A stretch of DNA of 64,000 nucleotides. Origin: Acidimicrobiia bacterium. GTDB lineage: Bacteria > Actinomycetota > Acidimicrobiia > Acidimicrobiales > Aldehydirespiratoraceae. The translations under genes were made by a program, and so were the position numbers. Of this stretch, positions 54,483 to 63,000 are shown one piece after another. Each line of letters begins with the position of its first letter. Positions within the stretch are counted from its first letter, which is position 1. Location: assembly GCA_022820805.1 (NCBI GenBank), contig JAJEEV010000013.1, forward strand, positions 16,967 through 80,966. Direction: 5' to 3'. Under the pieces are notes generated by a model that was not told where the DNA came from, did no database searches, and worked only from the letters and a program-made list of their open reading frames with translations.

Positions 54483-55277
54483 CTACCCGCCCTCTCCGGC
54501 GCCGTGGACGGCCTCCAGCAGGCGGCCGACGAGCGCGGCCGGGTCGTCGGACCCCCAGACATTGCGACCGAAGGCCACGCCCGCGCCGCCGGCCTCGACC
54601 ACGCCGCGGGCCAGCGCCACCACCTGGTCCTCGTCGTCGACCTTGGGACCCCCGAGGGCCACCACCGGCGCCGGGCAAGCCTCGGCCACCGCCGCGAACT
54701 CCTCGGGGGGTCCGGGGCACATGGTCTTGACGATGTCGGCTCCGAGCTCGACCGCGAGCCGGGCGCCGCGCCCGACGTTCTCGGCGGTCCAGGGCACGGT
54801 CCGGGGCCAGCCGCCGGGAATCGACTCGGCCATGACCGGCAGGCCGAGCAGCTCGCACTCGGCGGCGAGCCTCGCGAGGCGTTGCAGCGAGTGCTGTTCG
54901 TCGGGCGTGCCCGGGAACACCATGATCACCACCGCGTCGGCGCCGACGACCATGGCCTGCTCGGCCGAGTACAGCAGCGACGTCGTGTCGCTGGCCGGCG
55001 GGTCGCCCAGGTCCGAGATCCCGCCGTCGATGCGCAGCACCAGTCCGGCGCCGGCGAAGGCCTCGGGGCGGGCCCGGGCCAGCTGCCAGGTGGCGAGCAC
55101 CGCGTCGGGTCCGCCCCTCGCGATGGACTCCGCCGCGGCGGGCGCCACACCCATGCCCATGTAGGCGGGATGGTCCATGGCCACGAACACGGCCCGCCCG
55201 TCGGCGCGGAAGATGTGGCGGAACCGCCGGCGCTTGCCGGCGGACACGGCCGAGAGCGGAGCACTCGTGCTGTTCAT
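54483..55277 (-). CDS. class I aldolase, DhnA/DeoC-LacD family
   Basis: VFVAMDHPAYMG...GADIVKT (Schiff-base Lys context)...FGRNVW. Confidence 0.8.
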   Translation of the reverse strand: MNSTSAPLSAVSAGKRRRFRHIFRADGRAVFVAMDHPAYMGMGVAPAAAESIARGGPDAVLATWQLARARPEAFAGAGLVLRIDGGISDLGDPPASDTTSLLYSAEQAMVVGADAVVIMVFPGTPDEQHSLQRLARLAAECELLGLPVMAESIPGGWPRTVPWTAENVGRGARLAVELGADIVKTMCPGPPEEFAAVAEACPAPVVALGGPKVDDEDQVVALARGVVEAGGAGVAFGRNVWGSDDPAALVGRLLEAVHGAGEGG

Positions 55278-55304
55278 GGGTCGATCGGTCCGTTTCTGTG
55301 AGTG

Positions 55305-56486
55305 TCAGTGAACCGGAAGCGGCGCGGTGAACTCGTCGTCGGCCAGGGGGGTGGCGACGTCGGCGCGCACCGTCTTCATCACGTGCGCGGCCCGGCCCTC
55401 CCAGGTGGAGGCCGGACCCACCCGGTAGAACGGCGACCGCAGGTTCTCCATGAGCACGGTCACCATGTCGGTGTCCTCGCGGTTGGTGACGGCGAGGCGG
55501 TCCAGCTCGAAGTCCTGCTCCTCTATCGACTTGTCGATCCCGTAGATGCGGCTGAACAGCCGGGTGCGGTCCGGGGCGATGGGGTCGGCCCGCACCAGGA
55601 TCAGCTGCGTCGGGTAGGGCAGCGGGGTGAGGTTGGGGTAGATGTAGTCGGCGTAGTGGCCCAGCAGCTGCTCGGTGGTCAGGTCGGTGCGGCCTCCGGT
55701 GGCGTCCTCCTCGTCGGAGTGGGGCTTGAAGCCGCTGCACGTGCGGCCCTCGAAGCGCACGATGGTGTCCATCTGCTTGCGCAGCTTGTTGAGGCGCCGG
55801 TGCACGAAGCGCACGTGGTAGTCGTCGTTGGAGTTCTCGGCGAAGGCCTTCCAGTTGATGGCGTAGGTCTGGTCGAGCTCGCGGTGGTAGCGGGTGAACC
55901 TGTCGAACTTGTAGAGGTCGTAGCGCTCGGCCAGCGGGGCGATCCACTCCCGGAACGGCGGGGCCTTGCGGGACAGGCAGCCGAACACGAGCTTGTCCCA
56001 GGCCAGCTCGATGCGGATCTCCACCAGGCCGTAGTCCTCGGTGGGCATGCCGTCGGGATACATGCGGGCCCGGTCGGGGATGCCGATCAGCTGCCCGTCG
56101 ATGGCGTAGGCCCAGTTGTGGTAGGGGCAGGTCATGGTCTTGCCGCAGTTGCCGGCCGGCTCGAACAGCAGCCCGGAGGCCCGGTGGCGGCAGTTGTTGA
56201 GGAAGCCCCGCACCGAGCCGTCCTCCTGGCGGATCACCATCACCGGCTGGTAGCCGATGGTGCCGGTGATGTAGTCGCCGGGCTCGGCCAGGTCCTCGGT
56301 GTCGCCCAGCCACACCCAGGACCGCCCGAACACCCGCACCATCTCGAGGTCGAACAGCTCCTGGTCGAACACCTCGTAGGGCTGGAGCATCGGGCTGTCC
56401 ACCGGGGCGTGCACCAGGCCGGCGGTCTCGTCCACCCGGCGCTGGAGGCGCTCCACCGTCGGCTCGGCCTGCAGGTCCGCGATCAC
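55305..56486 (-). CDS. Rieske (2Fe-2S) oxygenase, GbcA/CntA/Stc2-like single-component alpha type
   Basis: CRHR...CPYHNW; NSNDDYHVRFVH iron site. Confidence 0.9.
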   Translation of the reverse strand: MIADLQAEPTVERLQRRVDETAGLVHAPVDSPMLQPYEVFDQELFDLEMVRVFGRSWVWLGDTEDLAEPGDYITGTIGYQPVMVIRQEDGSVRGFLNNCRHRASGLLFEPAGNCGKTMTCPYHNWAYAIDGQLIGIPDRARMYPDGMPTEDYGLVEIRIELAWDKLVFGCLSRKAPPFREWIAPLAERYDLYKFDRFTRYHRELDQTYAINWKAFAENSNDDYHVRFVHRRLNKLRKQMDTIVRFEGRTCSGFKPHSDEEDATGGRTDLTTEQLLGHYADYIYPNLTPLPYPTQLILVRADPIAPDRTRLFSRIYGIDKSIEEQDFELDRLAVTNREDTDMVTVLMENLRSPFYRVGPASTWEGRAAHVMKTVRADVATPLADDEFTAPLPVH

Positions 56487-56574
56487 ACCGCGACCCTACC
56501 GGAGCCCGCAGAACCCAGTCCAAGCAGCCGAGCCGGCGACGCCCGGCGGACACCGGCCCGCCTTCCGGGTCAAG

Positions 56575-56967
56575 TCAGTGCAGAAGTTCGACGTCGCAAC
56601 GGATGCCGGGAGCGTGTGCCAGTCGCTGGTCGTGAGTCAGCAACGTCGCACCTGTGGTCTCGGCCAGCGCCACGTAGGCCGCGTCGTACACCGTGAGATT
56701 GTCCCGCAGCTCCCAACATCGCTCCAGCAGCAGTTCGTGGGCGAAGCGGACAATCGGAAGGACAGCCAACTGTCGCAACCCGCTCCTGCCCGCCGTCGCC
56801 GAGATCTCGCCCCGGCGAACGAGGGCCCGCAGGGCCGAAGCGACCTCAAGATCGAGAAGGTGGGGAGCCAGCGACGCATCCCGGGCCATGCGGCGCACGG
56901 TCTGAAGGCTGCGGTCGCTGGAACCGGCCACAGCCTCGGTGACCGCGCTGGCGTCGACGACGATCAA
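56575..56967 (-). CDS. vapC: PIN-domain toxin VapC
   Basis: TTG start at 56967 overlaps the antitoxin stop (TTGA). IVVDASAV, LEVASAL, YDAAYVALAE, LTHDQRL. Confidence 0.8.
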   Translation of the reverse strand: MIVVDASAVTEAVAGSSDRSLQTVRRMARDASLAPHLLDLEVASALRALVRRGEISATAGRSGLRQLAVLPIVRFAHELLLERCWELRDNLTVYDAAYVALAETTGATLLTHDQRLAHAPGIRCDVELLH

Positions 56968-57206
56968 CGCGACTCTCGATCGGCCCGGATGACCTCCACG
57001 ATTGCGGCCGGGTCCACGTGCGTCTCGCCGTGGGCGAGGACCTCGGCTCGCTTGCGGGCCAGCAGTTCCTCCGCGCTGGCGACAGCCGCCTGCCTGCACA
57101 CCGAGTCGAGCATGTACTGCTGGAGCGACTGGCCCGCGGCCGCGGCCCGGACCCTCAGCACCCGATGGACATCATCGGGCACGTGCTTGATCTGGATAGT
57201 GGCCAT
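56964..57206 (-). CDS. vapB: ribbon-helix-helix antitoxin VapB (FitA-like)
   Basis: Internal ATG at 57206. MATIQIKHVPDDVHRVLRVRAAAAGQSLQQYMLD. Confidence 0.75.
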   Translation of the reverse strand: MATIQIKHVPDDVHRVLRVRAAAAGQSLQQYMLDSVCRQAAVASAEELLARKRAEVLAHGETHVDPAAIVEVIRADRESR

Positions 57207-57216
57207 GGTGTCAGAG

Positions 57217-57260
57217 TAGCGCCAAAGTAGCGTTGTTAGCGCTGAATTAGCGTCTAGCGC
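57217..57260. promoter_or_regulatory. array of five TAGCG(C/T) hexamers upstream of vapB (candidate operator)
   Basis: Hexamers start at 57217, 57228, 57237, 57248 and 57255, beginning 11 nt upstream of the vapB ATG. Confidence 0.45.
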
Positions 57261-57376
57261 CGGGTCCAACTGGAGAAGGGGACTCTGGGGTCGCCTTCAG
57301 GGCCTGGTCGCGACGGCGACGTGATGGAATGCCATGCTTGGCTCGTGCTAGGCAACGACGCGATGGCGTGGGGGAG

Positions 57377-59125
57377 ATGACTGCACGAGCCGACGAGGCC
57401 ATCCGTTACCAACCCGACGAGCCGTGCCCCCCGCTTATCGCGCTGGGCGTCGGGCTCCAGGGAGTCATGCTCGTGCTGGCGACGATCGTGCTGATCGTGG
57501 CCATCACCGCCCGGGCCGGCAACCAGGACGAGAGCTACCTCACATGGGCTGTGTTCGCGTCCCTGATCATCGCCGGAGGACTCACCGCGCTGCAGGCCGG
57601 CCGTTTCGGGCGGCTCGGCGCCGGACACATCCTGATCATGGGCCCGACCCCCAACTATGTGGCGGTCTCGGTGCTGGCACTGACCGCGGGCGGGCCGGCA
57701 CTGCTTGCCAGCCTCACCGTCGCCGCGGCGCTCTTCTACATCGCGCTGTCTCTGTGGCTCCCGTTGCTGCGCAGGATCATCACCCCGGTGGTGTCGGGCA
57801 CGGTGCTCATGCTGATCGCAGCCACAATCCTGCCGGTCGCGCTCGGGCGGGTCACCGAGGTGCCCGAGACCGCACCGGCCGCGGCCGGCCCTGTCGTGGC
57901 GCTGGTAACCCTTGTCGCGGTCGTGGCGCTGGCGCTACGCGTCTCGGGGTCTTGGCGCGTCTGGTCACCGCTGATGGGGATCGCGGCCGGTTGCGTCGTG
58001 GCTGTCATCTTCGGGGCATACGAGCTCCAACCGATTCGCGACGCTCGATGGTTCGGACTACCCGAGAGCGGGTTCCCCGGAATCGAGTTGACCCCCGGCG
58101 TCGAGTTCTGGGCCCTGCTGCCCGCCTTCGTGGTGATCGCCCTGGTGGGCAGCGTCAAGAACATCGGGGACTGCGTCGCCATCCAGCAGGTCTCATGGCG
58201 CAGGCCGCGGGTGACCGACTTCCGGCTGGTGCAGGGGTCACTCAACGCCAACGGTGCCGGCATCCTGCTCTCCGGCCTCGCTGGCACGCCGCCGACATCC
58301 GTCTACTCGTCGTCCAGCCCGCTGCTGGTCAACCTCACCGGCGTGGCCGCTCGCCGTGTCGGCTACGCCATCGGCGCGGCAATGGTCGTGCTGGCGGTCC
58401 TGCCCAAGGTGACCGCCGTACTGCTGGCCATCCCGAGCCCGGTCATGGGCGCCTACCTCCTCACCGCCATCGGCGTGCTGTTCGTGAGCGGCGTACAGAC
58501 AGTGGTGGCCGACGGTCTCGACAAGGGCAAGGCCCTCACAATCGGCATTGCCTTCTCGGTGGGGATGGGCCTGGACAACCAGACGATCGGGGCTGACCTG
58601 CTGGGCGAGACGTGGGGTCCGCTGGTCGACAACGGCATGCTGGCCGGCGCCCTGACCGCGGTCGTGATGACCCGGTTCGCGGATCTCACCAGCCGTCGCC
58701 GGCGGGCCCGCCTGAAGGTCGGCCTCCACCCGTCGGCGGTCAGCGAGATAGACGAGTTCCTCAGCGGCTTCGCAGCCGACATCGGGTGGGACGACGCGGC
58801 CGCACGGCGGCTGCGCTCCGCCGGCGAGGAAACGCTGATGAACCTGCTACGAGAGGGGGACGACCGCTCGGTCGCCGATGCGCCCAGCCTGATAGTCGCG
58901 GCCCGCCATAGCGGCGCAGCGGTGGAGATGGAGTTCCTAGCCGTCTTCGACGAGCAGAACCTCGAGGATCGGCTGGCACACCTGAGCGAGGAATCCCAGA
59001 GCACCGCAGGCCTGGAGGACGGCGAGGTCTCGCTCAGGCTGCTCCGGCAATACGCCTCGTCGGTGCACCACCAGAAGTTCCACGGACTCGACGTGGTCAC
59101 CGTGCAGGTCAAGGCGGCGGGCTAG
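57377..59125 (+). CDS. NCS2/SLC23-type permease fused to a soluble C-terminal regulatory-like domain, copy 2
   Basis: Collinear paralog of 3812..5611 (IRYQPDEPCPP..., IPSPVMGAYLLTAIGVLF, tail RLRSAGEETLMNLL...MEFLAVFDEQNLEDRL...GEVSLRLLRQY...GLDVVTVQV). Confidence 0.8.
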   Translation: MTARADEAIRYQPDEPCPPLIALGVGLQGVMLVLATIVLIVAITARAGNQDESYLTWAVFASLIIAGGLTALQAGRFGRLGAGHILIMGPTPNYVAVSVLALTAGGPALLASLTVAAALFYIALSLWLPLLRRIITPVVSGTVLMLIAATILPVALGRVTEVPETAPAAAGPVVALVTLVAVVALALRVSGSWRVWSPLMGIAAGCVVAVIFGAYELQPIRDARWFGLPESGFPGIELTPGVEFWALLPAFVVIALVGSVKNIGDCVAIQQVSWRRPRVTDFRLVQGSLNANGAGILLSGLAGTPPTSVYSSSSPLLVNLTGVAARRVGYAIGAAMVVLAVLPKVTAVLLAIPSPVMGAYLLTAIGVLFVSGVQTVVADGLDKGKALTIGIAFSVGMGLDNQTIGADLLGETWGPLVDNGMLAGALTAVVMTRFADLTSRRRRARLKVGLHPSAVSEIDEFLSGFAADIGWDDAAARRLRSAGEETLMNLLREGDDRSVADAPSLIVAARHSGAAVEMEFLAVFDEQNLEDRLAHLSEESQSTAGLEDGEVSLRLLRQYASSVHHQKFHGLDVVTVQVKAAG

Positions 59126-59144
59126 TCCACCTTCAAGAATTCAG

Positions 59145-60074
59145 ATGTCGGACGTTACGATCCCTCCCATGGCTCCCGTCACTGCCTGGACCATTCCTGC
59201 GCCCCAGTCGGTGCACGAGGTCGAGGTCGAAGGCGACGCCACCATCTGCATGCGCCGCTACGGCAACCCGGACGGCACGAGACTGCTGCTGTCACACGGG
59301 ATCGGCCTCGCGATAGACCTCTACTACCCGTTCTGGTCGCTGCTGACCGACGACTTCGATGTCGTCGTCTATGACCTGAGGAGCCACGGCTGGAACGAGG
59401 CCGGCCCGCTGTCGGACCACACGGTCCCCACTTACGTGAGCGACCACGACCGGATCCTCGACGCCGTCGATCACCACTACGGCACCAAGCCCCAAGTCGG
59501 AGTGTTCCACTCGGTCTCGTCCCTGGCTCCTCTGCTGTCACCCACGGAAGGTGCGGGGTACTCGGCGTTGATCCTCTTCGATCCTCCCCTGCGCAGGGCG
59601 GTCGAGACCCGCAACGAGTTCGACGAGGCGCTCAAACGGATCGCCGGGGCGGCTGAGCGGCGCACCTCGCGGTTCAAGACGCTCGAGGCCTACGCCGACC
59701 TGCTCGCATTCCTGCCCGCCTACCGGCATACGGTTCCCGGGGTACATGACCTGATGGCGAGAACCACGCTCCGCCAGTCTGCGGACGGCTCCGGCTACGA
59801 GCTTCGCTTCCCGCGCGAGCACGAGGCCCAGATCACGGCCCACGCGCGGATCTTCGCAGTGCTGGTCGACCTGGATGCACTGCAGTGCCCCACCAAGATC
59901 ATCGGAGCCGACCCGACGCGGCCCTACGCGTATATCCCGACACTGGACTTCGGCGAGATGTTGACGGTGGACTACGACTTCCTGCCCGAGGCCACCCATT
60001 TCCTCCAGCTGGAGCAGCCCGCAGAGTGCGTGGCCAAGATGCGCGAGTTCCTGGAGCTTGCCGGCCTTGCCTGA
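59145..60074 (+). CDS. alpha/beta hydrolase fold protein
   Basis: LLLSHGIGL...GVFHSVSS nucleophile-elbow-like block. Its 3' end overlaps the likely PKS start. Confidence 0.8.
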   Translation: MSDVTIPPMAPVTAWTIPAPQSVHEVEVEGDATICMRRYGNPDGTRLLLSHGIGLAIDLYYPFWSLLTDDFDVVVYDLRSHGWNEAGPLSDHTVPTYVSDHDRILDAVDHHYGTKPQVGVFHSVSSLAPLLSPTEGAGYSALILFDPPLRRAVETRNEFDEALKRIAGAAERRTSRFKTLEAYADLLAFLPAYRHTVPGVHDLMARTTLRQSADGSGYELRFPREHEAQITAHARIFAVLVDLDALQCPTKIIGADPTRPYAYIPTLDFGEMLTVDYDFLPEATHFLQLEQPAECVAKMREFLELAGLA

Positions 60075-63000
60075 TCCTGCGCCGGGCGCTGGTCGGTCGC
60101 CCATCGCGGTGGTGGGAATGGCGTGCCGGTTCCCCGGCGCGCCGGATGTCCCGGCGTTCTGGCGGCTGCTGGAAGAAGGCGCCAGCGCAGTCACCGAGGG
60201 CGTGCCCGGATCGGGCGTGGGCCGGGTGGGAGAGCTGTTCACCGACTCCGCCGTCCAGAACAGCGCCTGCCGGTTCGGAGCCTTCATAGACGGGATCGAC
60301 CAGTTCGACGCCGCGTTCTTCCGGATCTCGCCGGTGGAGGCGCAGCTGCTGGATCCCCAGCAGAGGCTGATGCTGGAAGTGAGCTGGCAGGCCCTCGAGG
60401 ACGCCGGAATCGATCCCGACCGGCTCAAGGGAAGCCGTACCGGGGTCTACGCGGGCATCAGCAACAACGAGTACCGGGCTCTGGTCCTCGACGGCAATGA
60501 CACCGCGGAACCCGCGGCCAGCCTCTACTCGGTTGCCGGGACCTCCTTCAACACGGCCATCGGGCGGGTCGCCTTCGCGCTCGGGCTTCAGGGTCCCGCC
60601 CTGGCGGTGGACACCGCATGCTCGTCGTCGCTGGCGGCGGTGCACCAGGCGGTCGCCGGGCTCCAGCGGGGCGAAGCCGACTTGGCCCTGGCGGGCGGGG
60701 TGCACGCCGTCCTGTCGGGTCGTCTGTTCGAGTTGCGGGGCAACGCCGGGATGCTGGCCCCCGACGGGCGTTGCAAGACCTTCGACGCGGCGGCCAACGG
60801 GTACGTGCGCGGCGAGGGCTGCGGGATCCTGGTGCTGAAGCGGCTCAGCGACGCCGAGGCCGACGGCGACCGGATCTGGGGAGTGGTCCGGGGGACGGCG
60901 CTCAACCAGGACGGCGCCAGCCAGGGGCTCACCGTCCCGAACGGTGAAGCCCAGCAGCGGGTTATCGCCGACGCGCTGGCCTGGGCCGGCGTGCAGCCGT
61001 CGGAAGTCGACTACGTGGAGGCTCACGGCACCGGCACACCGGTCGGCGATCCGATCGAGGCCGAAGCCACCGGCACGGCCTACAGCGTCGAGCGGGATCC
61101 GGACCGGCCGCTGCTCATCGGTTCGGTCAAGACCAACGTCGGCCATCTGGAGTCGGCGGCCGGCGCGGCCGCGCTGATCAAGGTGATGCTGGCCATGAAA
61201 CGAGGGGTCATCCCCAGACACCTCAACTTCCAGGACCCGAACCTGGAGATCGACTGGGACCGGCTGCCGCTGCAGGTCACCGCGGAGCCCACGCCCTGGC
61301 CCAGCCGCGGCGACGGTCCCCCTCGGGCCGGAGTCAGCGGCTTCGGCTGGTCGGGCACCAACGCCCACGTCGTGGTGGAAGGGTACGCAACCCGCACGGC
61401 CTCAACCGAGGCTGCCGACCCGGGGCGATGGGTCTCGGGGGCACCCATACGGGTCGCCATCAGCGGGCCCGCGGCAGTTCCGGATCCGGTGGCCGCGGCG
61501 CCCGCAGCCCGCTCGGCCAGGCTGCTTCCGCTCTCGGCCAAGACCGGCGAGGCACTGCGGGAGATGGCGGCGGGCTGGCTGGAGTGGCTTGAAGACCGAT
61601 TCGAAGACCCGTCCGGCGACGACGCCAACAACGAGCTGCTCGCCGACGCGGCCTGGACGGCAGGGGTGGGGCGGAGCCACATGGCCCACCGGTCCGGCGT
61701 CGTCTTCACGGACGCCGAATCGCTGCGCGAGTCGCTGCAGATCGTGGCCGGAGACGACGACCAGCCCCCGCGGACAACCGCAACCCGGGTGGCGTTCGCC
61801 TACACCGGCCAGGCCAGCCAGTGGGTGGGCATGGGCCGGGCGCTCTACGGGTGCGAGCCGGTCTTCAGGGCTGTCCTGGACCGTTGCGACAAGGTGCTCC
61901 AACTCCAGCGAGGGGCGTCGCTGCTCGACGTGATGTTCGGCTCCGAGGAGGAGTTGGACGACCCGGCCTGGACACAGCCCTGCATCTATGCGATCGAGTG
62001 CGCCCTGACCGCGTTGTGGGCAAGCATCGGCGTCCACCCCGATGTGGTCGTTGGCCACAGCCTGGGAGAGATCGCGGCCGCACAGGCCGCCGGAGCGTTC
62101 AGTCTGGAGGACGGCCTGCGGTTCGCGGCCGCCCGTGGCGCGCTCATGGGCTCGTTGCCGGAGGACGGCGCCATGGCCGCGGTATTCGCCACCCCGGAGC
62201 GGGTTGCGGCCGCGGTGGACGAGTTCAACGCCGCGACCGCCGGCTCACCGGTGAGCGTGGCCGCCGACAACGGGATGCATCAGGTCATCAGCGGCCCGGC
62301 CGGAGCGGTCGACACCCTGCTGGAAGGCTTCGAGGCAGAGAAGGTATGGGTGCGACGGCTGCGCAGGAGTCCCGCCTACCACAGCGCTCTGGTGGAGCCC
62401 GCTCTGGACGACCTTGAGGCCGTGGTCGACGGCATCGAGACAGCTGCTCCACGGGTCACTTATGTGAGCAGCATGACCGGCCAGGAGCTGGAGCCGGGCA
62501 CGATGCTCGACGGCCGGTACTGGCGGAGCCAGGCAAGGGCACCGGTGGCCTTCCGCACCTGTGTGGAGACGCTGGCCGCCATGGGTGTGGACACCGTGAT
62601 CGAGATCGGTCCCGACACCGTCCTCGGACCCACGGTCACCACCGCCTGGCCGCAGGGAACCGGCCCGGCCGAGCCTGTGATCGCCTCCAGCATGCGCCGA
62701 CCCTCGTCCAGCAAGCCCGACCCCGTCGACGGAAGCGGCTTCCTCGACGCGGCCGCAGTCGCTTACAGCGCCGGGGTCGGCGTGTCGTTCGCAGGTCTGT
62801 TCGCGGGCGAGGCCCGGCGCCGGGTCGCTCTTCGCGGCTACCGGTTCCAGCACCATCGTTACTGGGTGGAGCAGCCACGCCGGAGGAGGCAGGCCTCGGA
62901 CCACCGCTTGTTGGGCACCCGCCACGACTCGCCCAGGGGCGAGACCCTCTACTCCACAGAAATGTTCGTAACCGACCCGGGGTGGCTCGACGACCACCGG

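Noticed and set aside
54472-56553. 693-aa and other very long ORFs overlapping the Rieske/aldolase operon (also 45244..46779, 46199..48136, 47568..49169, 11725..12528)
   Set aside because: These are the same high-GC shadow-ORF phenomenon, with no recognisable domains and biased RGP composition.
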